A program made the position numbers and the translations under genes. Below are positions 52,131 to 64,000 of a stretch of 64,000 nt of DNA, piece by piece (positions within the stretch are counted from its first letter, which is position 1; the number at the start of each line of letters is the position of its first letter). This DNA is from Eledone cirrhosa (taxonomy: Eukaryota): contig OZ024743.1 in NCBI GenBank assembly GCA_964016885.1, positions 120,590,001 through 120,654,000 on the forward strand, read 5' to 3'. The notes below the pieces were generated by a model, which was given only the letters and a program-made list of their open reading frames with translations, was not told where the DNA came from and made no database searches.

Positions 52131-53100
52131 ATACTTGGGGAGGGTCATATTTGTGTAATATTGCCAGAATTAATAACAGAACACACTCACTGTTTGGTTG
52201 GTTTTCGCTTTTCGCTTCTGTGTCTTTTATATCGGTAATCTAATTTATTCGGTCCTCAATGTTGCCATTGACTGACCAACGGTCAAAAATAATACAGATA
52301 CAATATAGACACAAACACATATATATATAGTTTATAAAAGTTCTTTCGTTGCACATCTGCAACATCGTCAGTGGTGCTATTGTTTCCTCCCGTTACATTG
52401 TATGTCTACGCCATTTTTATTTAGTCTTGAAATAGAACTTAGAAGGCCAAGACTAAACAGAAAGAATGAATAGAATAACAACACCCAAACAAACAACACT
52501 GACCTAAGAGAAGTATAAATAAATAAATAAATAAATAGATAAATAAATAAATAAATACATACACAAGCACAATAACAACAAACACATATAAACACACTAG
52601 TAAAGATAGAATACATTAACCGATACACAGTCACCCAATCACTAACACACATCAAACAAAACACTATATACACACACACAAACGCATGCGCAAAGAAGAC
52701 AAAATAAAATAAACAAACAAACAAATAAATAAATAAATATATAGACAGACTAAATAAAAATGGCGTAGACATACAATGTAACGGGAGGAAACAATAGCAC
52801 CACTGACGATGTTGCAGATGTGCAACGAAAGAACTTTGATAAACTATATATATATGTTTGTGTCTATATTGTATCTGTATTATTTTTGACCGTTGGTCAG
52901 TCAATGGCAACATTGAGGACCGAATAAATTAGATTACCGATATAAAAGACACAGAAGCGAAAAGCGAAAACCAACCAAACAGTGAGTGTGTTCTGTTATT
53001 AATTCTGGCAATATTACACAAATATGACCCTCCCCAAGTATAACAATATTTGTTTCGACACACGATTTCATATAAAAAACCTCGCAAAACTAATTCATCG
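52123..53100. mobile_element. Family P7 fold-back with ~305-bp arms
   Basis: Arms 52123-52427 and 52747-53049 nearly identical; extension to (TA)n; relative at 63830-64000; hammerhead-like core at 52803-52830. Confidence 0.75.
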
Positions 53101-53103
53101 CCG

Positions 53104-53143
<40 letters not shown>

Positions 53144-53234
53144 CTTACGAACTAATTAGATATTCACAAACAACACAACACACATTGGCATATGTATATA
53201 TAAGAGAAACAGGGAGAGGGAGCATATTAATATT

Positions 53235-53285
<51 letters not shown>

Positions 53286-55049
53286 AAGAAAGGAGAGAGA
53301 AAAGGAAAGGAAAGTGAGAGAAGATGCTTGCAATGTTTTTATATACTCTGTGTATATACTGATGTATCCGTCACCTGGTTGTCACCAATTTCGGAATACT
53401 TTCCTAATTCCCTCCTCATTTTCTGGAGGCATTAGACAGATTTACAGGCTCTGATCTTCCTCCTAACTCGGCGATAAAAAACATTTACATAACTTATTTT
53501 GTTTTTGTCCTGAATGCATGCAGACTCATACACACACATTTAATGAACAGTAAACGTAAACACACCCCATACATACTACTGGCTTTCACACAGATTCCTT
53601 TTGCGAAAGTTCATTGAAAGAGCAACGGTCAACCCGAAGACACGTAGTGGGTTTCGAGTTGAAACCCTGTGGTTGCGAAGCAAACTACTTCGCCACACAG
53701 CCATAGAGTGTTAATTATACTATTATGAAAACCTATACAAAAGAAAACAATAAGAAATAGAAAATAACTCAAAATATTCAATTGTAAAACCATAACTAAA
53801 TACCACAAGGTATTTTTCTTCGACACTCTAACGATTCTGCAATGCGCGGTAGCAAAATAACTAAATATTTACACAAGAAAAAATCTTTGGCGTATTGCTG
53901 AGCACATCTGAACAAACAAACCATATTGACTGTCAATAAGAGTGATAGTGGGAAGGCGTTTTTATTTGTAAGATTCTTTTTGTTCAGCTAAAGTTAACTC
54001 TGTGAAATCATGTAATGTTACTCGACTTTATTATTGTAACTTCTCCATAACATTATGCAATATACAGAATATACTTAACACAGTAAATTTTGCCTCCTTT
54101 TCTATTATATGTATTGATAAATTTTCTCTTGAACATTTAGCTCCATCTTTCACTTTTTCCATTGGGGGAAATACATATCTCGTTATTTTATTTTTTTACC
54201 AAATTAAGCACAATTAATGCATAAATTCTATTAAAAAATGTGATAGATATAATATTTTAATTAATCTATTTTTTATTTTTAAATTGTGGAATGGAAATAA
54301 ATTAGGATGACAAATTGAAAATAATTTATAAATTATGTATATCAACGAAAGATTAATATAATATAGATTATTTCACTTAAATTGTGTCTGTTTTCTTAAG
54401 AGCACTTACCGATAGAATACATTTTGCTTGTTTTGATTTTTTTTGTGCGACAGAGGGAAGTTTACATTTTTCATGAGTTTGAAGATAAATTTAAATTAGA
54501 AAAATAATATTTTCTATTGATGGATTTAAAGAGGTTCTAATGAATGAAGTTTTAGTCACAAAATTTTCCACATACTAGTTTATAAGCTTTACATAAATTT
54601 GTATCATAAGCTGACTCGGATGACAAGGTCCGCTAAACGGCAATGCAACAGTAAAGTCGATAATATCCTAACCAGTATTCTCAAATACCGACATTTGCTT
54701 AACACTGCAACATTCAACCCCTCTAGTTTTATCCTTGAGTCCGTAAGACCCAAACACGTACTGCAGCTCAAGCCTTTTACTTCAAACCTGCAAGTCCTAT
54801 TCTCATAGTTTCACATTAGCATTTGCGGAAATGAGTGGTAGATATGATATTGTGAAGTGAATACGAGGTTTAAAATAATTACATACTTACGGGCTCCATA
54901 AAGAAAGTACTAGACTAATACTGGTCTAATCGTATCTAGCTCGAGATGTCATTAGTTGGCTGTTAAAATGGACTAAAGGGGATAGAGTAAAGAGGCTGCT
55001 TCTGTCTGCTGATGACTACATAGAAACCCACACCCATTAACGATGGCAT

Positions 55050-55300
55050 GGTACATGTTATCAAGTACTCCCGATTGCAAGTTACGTAATTCCTCCCAGC
55101 CATCTATGTTTTTCAGATCATATTTGTGTTGATTTCTGAAACTTAACTTCAGTTTGATATGGAGTCTTTTCCCAGAACATAATTTCCAATAGAATTGACG
55201 CTATGGAAATTCTTCTTCTCCTGTATGTGCAATATGGCCTGTCTATATCATACCAATTCTTTACAAGAAGCTTCAATACTCACAACATTCGTTCTAAAGT
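55050..55300 (-). pseudogene. Degenerate RTE 3' end
   Basis: TGHIAH...FYWKLCSGKRLHIKLKLSFRNQHKYDLKNIDGWEEL resembles the RTE C-terminal pattern. Confidence 0.6.
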
Positions 55301-55566
55301 ATCTCTCAAACAGCCTCTCTAATATAATTGCATAATTTGTAAAATACAATTTTACTGAAAATACTTCAAATTTTAAACAAATTTTCAGAAATTGAATAGA
55401 AAAACATACAAAATATACACGTTTCGAAAACTAAAATGTTATGTTTTTTATATTTTTCTTTCAGATCATAATGAAAATATACGTTTTCGAAGGCTATCTA
55501 TGATTTTGGAAATTTTTGTTTAACAAACTACCGATATAAACGAAGGAATGTATGTTCCATACAGAC

Positions 55567-55665
<99 letters not shown>

Positions 55666-55860
55666 ATAGTGATAGATTGATAGATGTGAAGACTAAAATC
55701 CAAAGAGGACTCGATAAGGACAAATATATATCAAATATATAAAAACCTTAGAGCAAATATTTATTAAAATAACAGATTATAGTTTAAGCAAAGAATCGGT
55801 ACTGAGTTTCAGAAGATCCCGTTAAGGGTGAAAGCAACTTAAGCTTTAATCTGTCTGTTA

Positions 55861-55919
<59 letters not shown>

Positions 55920-56147
55920 TAGGCATGGTAAAATACCAGGTGGACCATAACCCACCAGAGTACTCGATACTTGGGGTAGTAGAGTGGGTAATATGAAAAG
56001 GGTCAGGACCCTCGCGGCTGAGCTTAGGCCGTTTCGACATCTAGATCCGATCTCAATTTTTGAAAATGATGTTCGGATCCTAGCTGTCGAAACGGGCGGA
56101 GCTCTGCCATCGGGGTCCTGAATCTTTTTTTAATCTTTAATCTGTCA

Positions 56148-56238
<91 letters not shown>

Positions 56239-56631
56239 ACATATATGTATGTGCGTGCTTTTGTGCGTGTATGTTCTAATCTTGCTTGCAGATTAGAAAT
56301 GAAATATTGTCATATATAAGGTACGATCCTGAGAAAGTAAAACAAACTGAAGAATTTGTACATAGCTGGCTTGCAGCAAAGATCATGCACGGTTTACCAT
56401 AGCATATGGATTTACTTGAAACATTTATTCTTCTTTCCTTGAAATTATCTCACCTCTCTCCTTAAGAGCCGATAACAAATCCTTCGTATCCCAAACGAAG
56501 GGAAATCTAAAGAATTTATTTTGTTCAGCTTCTCGTACACAACCGTTTAACTTAATTATCTGTCTGACAGTCTATCTATCTCCCTCGCCTCTTTACATAC
56601 ACACATACAGGCACCCCCCCCCACACACACA

Positions 56632-56677
<46 letters not shown>

Positions 56678-57482
56678 AATTTATACAGATACACATCCAC
56701 AAACACATGTACGCGCACACACACGCATATATGCATATGTATGTGTGTGTTTGTTTGTGTGTGTGTGTTCTTGTGCTCGTGGGCCAGTGTCTGCGCATGT
56801 GTCAATCTGTATTTATGTTCCGTAACGTAGCAAGTCGACAAAAACGTGATCGATAATATATGTACCAGTCTTGCAAAAATATGCAAAGATCGAATATGCT
56901 TGACTAAATCAAGGTGGTACACAAGCATGACTGCAATCTACTGACTGAAACAAGCAAAACACACACACACACATGCGCGCGCACACACACACATATGTAC
57001 ACACAAACACATTTATATATGTTTTAGTTTGCAAGTAAGTTCTGTGTGTCATTACCTTTGGATATACGTTAGATAAACATTATTCAAGTACGAGATAAAG
57101 GACGGTAAAGTATTAAAAAAACATAGTTATTCCCTCAGCAGCCACCCCTGAAAATGGATAATTACGATTTCGTACACTAAGCGTGGGTATCGCTACTCTG
57201 TATGTAGTGGTTAATAGCAGTGGATAGAGAAAGTACTAGGACAGCTGTATAGAGTACAATACTACAAAACATTACAAAACGCACGGAAATTTATATAGAA
57301 AGGCCTTAAGACGCAGTTAAGACGCAGCCAAACATCACAACGAACAACGAAATTACGACTGAATATACAAAAATGTATTATCACTGACTAAAACTTATTC
57401 AGTCTTTCAACATAGTCATTGTCTAAATCTTACAAATCCCATTTCTGCTAAAATCCAACCATTAACAAATATGCATTATTAA

Positions 57483-57802
57483 GAGCGGTGGATTGGTAGT
57501 ATCGGTAGAGGGTTGGACGCCATATTTTGCACCATAGAGTTACGCCCCTTTACGGTCTGAGTTCAAATCCCACCGAGGTTAACTTTGCCTTTCATCCTTA
57601 CGGGGGATTTGGCGGTGGATTGGCAGTATCGGTAGAAGGTTGGACGCCATATTTTGCAGCATAGAGTTACGCCCCTTTACGGTCTGAGTTCAAATCCCAC
57701 CGAGGTTAACTTTGCTTTTCATCCTTACGGGGTCGATAAAATAATGTACCAGTTATACACTGAGATAATTGCTGGCCTTGTGCCAAAAGTAGAAACAATT
57801 AT
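57483..57802 (+). mobile_element. Tandem SINE (truncated copy then full copy)
   Basis: 57485-57604 is nearly identical to 57612-57731. Confidence 0.85.
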
Positions 57803-60800
57803 TAAGGAAGTTATTAAGAAAAATATTTGGAGTGTCACTGAACTATGGTTATGCAAACTACGATGTGAAGCTATTTAAAAAGTCCAAGTAATTGCATACC
57901 ATACTCCATTGTCTGAATATGACTCATCTGATAACTGACGCAAATGTTAAAACAGTTTGATTGTGTAATATCGTTCTTTTTTTTCATCTCAACCTTTTTC
58001 ATTGTTATTTTGAAGTATTTTAAGATTTCTATCCAGGGGTAACGAGATATCATATTGTCTTCATGTGGCATTAATGGCGGGACAATTGAAAAGTTTCGTG
58101 TTATGGAAATAAATATATTGTGTTTTAAAGGGATCATTTTATTGACCATTTCTGTTAGCTTATTTAATTATATCCGATGGTGCTGAGTGTAATTCAATTT
58201 TATTATTTCTGATGTCAGATGAAACATATAAGTTGATATAATCTACAAAATCCGACATATCCACAATTCCATTCGAGATCTAAACAAATATTGTGTGTAT
58301 AGAAGGTATATAATTTGGCTGTTGAATCAGTCTCGTACTACATTTGTTGAGAAAATTTTCCACTCAGTTGCAATGTAGTTGGGAATTTCAGGATGATATG
58401 GTTTATTTATTTATTGGGATTTTAGCTCACCACAACACATTAACGAAGCATTAATTAATTATGCCTTTTCGCGATGTGTCCAGTGGTAATCTATGTCCTA
58501 TGTGGTACCCACTTACAAATAGATTAACTGAAGAAAGTTAAGAAGTTCAACTGATAAATGCTGTATTTTTTCAGTTGTTATATAAGCATTGAAACATTAC
58601 AACATTGACATTAGTTAATACCTTTAAAGGTCAAAATACCTATAATGCCGACTGATTTAAGTAATTGTGGAGCAAGACTTCTTCAGCAATCAGTGACACT
58701 ACTATTCACATATTAAAGATATAATTATCTAAAAATTTCTTTCCAAGCATATTTTATATTAATTTTCTTCTAAACGGTTCATTTAGTTTTAACTATCTCA
58801 TTTTTATAAAACACTGCTATCTTGATTTATAGCACAAGATCTTTATATTTGTAGAATTTGTTTTGACATTTTCCTTACACTCATTACTTTAACATGAAAG
58901 GTTACTTTATTTTGACTATAATGTATCGGTTTATTGATTACACTAATAATTATTGTCAGTATTATGATAAATAAATCACTTGCGTTAACTCTTTTGTTTC
59001 GATGCTATTTTGAATAATAGAGTAAATCTATAGTTTTCGATCAACACTGTACAGTATGTAATAGGCATATGTAAACACTACATACCTATGTACAATGTTA
59101 AGAGCTGTACCCGTAGTTGACTGGGTTTATTAATACATACAATAAATAGAACTGTATGTATTTACATTATTTCGAAGAAATTACTTTACAAAATTGCTGG
59201 TAATCTGTAGTTGTAGGGAAATTAATTCACCCAGAAGTTTTGTTTACAATCCTTACAGAAGATGGATCAAATTCTGTAAATAAATCATTGTTTCAAATTA
59301 ACATTTTCCAATGACCATTGCAATGGTTGTAGATATATATTCTTAGCTTTTCTAAGGATATAGAAAATGCAAGAAAAAAATCTATCAATTTCTCCATGAA
59401 ACGAGGCCCCTATGAAATATTTCAGTTAAAAAAACGGTGGTTTATATATTTTCAGCAAATACACACATACGCACGTACGCACACATACATACATACACAC
59501 ATGCATATACATATATTCACTTTTATTAGAGGGAAGAAAAATGAGGGATCAGCTGAACTAGTTTCAATCTTGTGTTAGTTTCAATAGGGTATATAAGCAG
59601 TTGCACTGTGTACAGAGTAATTATTGAAATTCCGACACAGTATTGAAACTAGTCCAGCTCATCACGCTTTTTCTATCCATATATATATTGTACATCGAGA
59701 GAAGTTGTTTACACACGACTATTATATACAGTGTTGGGTGAAAAATATAGATATGATATATGGTAGAACATAGTGTTAAATAAAATTTTAATATTTGGCG
59801 CATAATGCACATTTGAGATACAAAACAGGATTTAAGTATGAAAATATATTACTACCTTCCGAAAGTATAATAAAACTCTAATCGGATAATCTAATGATCT
59901 TTCTAATTACAACAGTAACGATATGTCATTAATCTCATAACTAATCTTACAAACATATCGATTCCCGAAAAAATCTGCGTTTTGATTCCCCATGTCAAGT
60001 ATAAGCCGATTCATTCCTATTTTGACATTTATCATGTATTTGCTTTATGTCACTTCATATTAACTATCTGCTTATAAACAATTAAAATGAAATGTATATT
60101 GAAACAAATGTACGCATCCTATTAAACATTTAATTTTGTAAATATGTACTATACATTGATTTACACATTCATTTCATACTTTCGAATTTATATTTTTAAA
60201 TCTGTGGTTATTAAAATAAAGTGTTTGTGAATCAATACACAGAGATTCTTGATATACTATTAATTGTGGCATATTTATACACTTCTGTCATTAATCACAC
60301 ACCTAATTAATAGCGAAGTGACCGGAATGATAAACTAATTTTATTGTGATTATAAATCTGCTCCAGGCGTTACATTGTGTTTCTGGGCGGGGTATTTAAT
60401 TTATGCGATTCAAATTTTGATTATCGATTATAAATGACGTTTCGGTAAAGCTCTTAGAAACGTAGTGCCTGCGAGAATTTCTGTCAACTTCTCTGCAAGA
60501 AAAGATTGTTGGGTTTGCAGAGCTATGATCATGTAAAGTTAAGCACTTATCTCTAAATATTGTTTTAGAACTTATTCAAATTCTTAAACTGGTATCAAAG
60601 TTATGAAATATATTATCTTGATTTGTTCAATTTTTTCATTCACAAAGGCACGGTCACATATTTACCAATAATTCTATTGGCTGCTTTATTTTTCCTATTC
60701 TTGAAATATTTTTCTTTCTTAAACACACATTCATACATTTGCACACGGTGCAAAATATAGTGGCCAGAGACACTAAAATATGTTGTCAGCCAGCAAATAT

Positions 60801-61508
60801 AACGTTTGTTAGGATACAAAAGAAAAAATACGGATACGTTCAGCAAGTTTTAAAGTTAGATCAGTTTCTTGCATTTTATATAGTACATTGGAATATATTT
60901 GTTCAGCCTGCAAAGATAAAACACAGCCAAAATGAGGAATCGTAAAATATTGTGGAATAAATTAACTTTTAAATATTGGTTACCATAAAAGTTTTAAAAA
61001 CAATGGATAACAATTATTTTTTGTTTTTTTGTTTTTCTTCATATATTCATATTTGGATTACTTATTGCAATTTGCACAATAAACAGTAGATTACGTAAGT
61101 TTCCAGAACTGGCAGTCTTCAACAGGAGTTTGCCCTTAATTCTCAAACGATCCTTCTACATTGAATACCGCGCACGCGCTGTAGGCGTATTCCACAATCT
61201 GGGTGCGAGCAGCATCACGTAATTAAAAGGAAGAATTTACTGTAGCATTTTCTAATTGAGAATGCATGGCAGGAATAAATAAATGAGAATAAATAAATGA
61301 AATACTTACATCGACTATCGAAGCACTCAACTATTTTCGCATAAAAATATTTAAAATAATGAGTGTTTACGAAATGAACTGATGTTGTGTTATCAAGAGA
61401 TGTCACAAGTCTAATTAAAATATGGTTATCTACACTCACTCAAATTTATCGGGGGAACAAGAGGCGGTGAAAACAAAGCCTACATTATATATATTTAATA
61501 TATATATA

Positions 61509-61602
<94 letters not shown>

Positions 61603-61737
61603 ATACTAATTAGCATCAACACTAACATAGCGTGGTTCATAAGAGTGATGTATATGAAGACATATACGATATGTTTAAAGTTAATAAACATATAAGACAC
61701 TCTATGAATAATACAAACTGTGATCATGTCACAACTA

Positions 61738-61805
<68 letters not shown>

Positions 61806-62355
61806 ACACACACACATACCCACATATATATATACACCAACACAAACATACCCACGGACACACACATATATATATAATTATCAAGGTGAGTTACTACACC
61901 GGTGCCATACTAGGTACGTATGTTTCGTTAGCTCTGAGGACCAAATTGTTCAACCTGTGCCAATGAAAATCAACCAGAAATTGCTTACTTAAAAAGGAAA
62001 ATAAAGAAGAAAGACAGAAGAGCCCCAAATCAAGGGCAGATAATCTGGTTGGTTTTGTTTGAAAAGACGTGAACAAACGCTGAATCAGATGATAATTATG
62101 AGGAGGCTAGAACAAAATCGATAGGTTAAGAAACATGTAAATCAATATTAAGGAAGCCAATTCTTTAAAATGTTCTTAAAAACGTGAGGATATCGGGAGA
62201 ATTCTGTACGTGAGTCAAGTGGTTTGATAATATTGTGGAGACTATTCAATTTCCACCATTTCTCGTTATTGCATAATCTTTAGGCCTTGAAACCATTTAT
62301 ATATGGTCAAGATTTTTCCAGTATCTTCCAATGGAAAATGCTGGAAAAATCTCGA

Positions 62356-62485
<130 letters not shown>

Positions 62486-62864
62486 TTAATAAAGGAAAAA
62501 AAAACAAACACAGGTTCACGCTTGGAGGAAATGAGGTGGGTTTGACGTTTTGAGCAGAGGTCCTTTATTAGGAAATTCGGATAAGGAGCGAATAGGTATA
62601 TGTATGAAAGCAGTGTGTGAAAGTTATAAAAGGGCTGTTGGGAGGAGATTGGTAGGTTGACGGTGGTAGGTGAAAGGTCAAGTCTTGAGGGTGGAGGTGG
62701 AAGTGGAGGGTATAGAGGCGTCCTGTTGGTGGTTGTGTGTATGCCGTAGGGATGGAGTTGGTAGATGTGCGTTGCTTCAGTCTATGTGTGGGGTGTATGA
62801 ACACGTAGGTGTACACAGTCTTATATTGTTGGTGCGCGCACACTGGTGTGTGTGTATGTGAGTT

Positions 62865-62960
<96 letters not shown>

Positions 62961-62971
62961 AACAAACACAA

Positions 62972-63012
<41 letters not shown>

Positions 63013-63194
63013 AATGAATGAAAAAAGAATAACTACGATTTAAATTAAATCATTTAAGAATGTTTCGATTATAATAAAAGAAATATCCATTCCTGTTATA
63101 ATAATATCTTCAAATAATAACATCACATTGAGCTTTGAAATTGTTTTTGCCTTTATATGGTTGTATTGCCAATTCATCTAAATTCTTATATATA

Positions 63195-63820
63195 AACGGG
63201 ACTGTCCATTATCAGTGATCTTCTGACTATCATCGATATTTCTTCGCATTAAAGACCAGATACCTCAAAATCAGTGCGAGCAATAACTTAAATAAATTAT
63301 TGGGACAGAGCAAATTCGGTGGAGAAAGAGGGACAGTAAACAAACAAAAGTAGTAATGCAACGTAAAGAGAAGAAATGAGAGACAAGTCAATGATACATG
63401 TGAACTTAAGTTCTACCAAATCAACGACGAGAAGACGGCAGACGAGTCCGAACCCTGCGAAATGTGAGCAAGAAAAGGATTTTCACAGGTCAGACGGGAG
63501 GAAGTGAGAGAGGGGGAGCACCAGAGAGTAAGTGAGTGAAAGTGTTAGGAAGAGGCCAGCTGAGGGAGTGTGACCAGCAGAGAGGGTGAATGAAAGCAAG
63601 AGGTACAAGTAGAGAGAAGGGGGAGAGAGAAAGAGGGTAACAGTAAGGTGATAGAAAAAGACAAACCACAGCGAGGGGAAAAATTATATATGAATGAAAA
63701 AATGGCGTGTTGCGTTGTTGCGAGTGTGATACATATGAATGAAAAATAGAGCGAGAAACGGGACTGTCCATCATCAGTGATCTTCTGACTATCATCGGTA
63801 TTTCTTCGCATTAAAGACCA
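63195..63820. mobile_element. Family P4 element, second copy
   Basis: AAACGGGACTGTCCAT...TTAAAGACCA repeated at ~63195 and ~63756; interior similar to 2960-3440. Confidence 0.6.
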
Positions 63821-64000
63821 TATATATATGTTTTGCGAGGTTTTTGATATGAAATCGTGTGTCGAAATAAATATTGTTATACTTGGGGAGGGTCATATTG
63901 TTGTAATAATATTGCCAGAAATAATAACAGAACACACTTACTGTTTGGTTAGTTTTTGCTTCTGTATCTTTTATATCTACACAGTTAATTCATTTGGTCC

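Noticed and set aside
54891-55135. Apparent minus-strand exon bounded by TTTCAG and GTAAGT
   Set aside because: Stops in the frame I translated, and the upstream part reads as an RTE 3' end.

Overview
AT-rich eukaryotic, repeat-saturated DNA with no host protein-coding gene I can support. The SINE family and the microsatellite load suggest a cephalopod, probably Octopus (inference). Centre (about 30.5-44.5 kb): a contiguous array of non-LTR retrotransposons separated only by (ATT)n/(TTC)n tracts. It holds three copies of one R4/Dong-like restriction-like-endonuclease (RLE) family, one with an intact 1130-aa ORF, and one intact two-ORF Tx1/L1-clade element in the opposite orientation. Two signals stand out. 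(1) The intact Dong copy differs from its sibling copies by clustered, strand-biased sense A>G substitutions, the pattern expected if an A-to-I (ADAR) hyper-edited RNA was reverse-transcribed into the genome. (2) Many (TA)n tracts hold short fold-back inserts from at least five sequence families that carry type I hammerhead ribozymes, probably Penelope-like element termini, including a non-canonical CAGAAGA core. Also present: degenerate RTE, CR1-like, RLE and hAT fragments, a probable non-autonomous Helitron with an internal ~92-bp tandem array, tRNA-type SINEs and many microsatellites. All alignments, folds and counts were done by eye.
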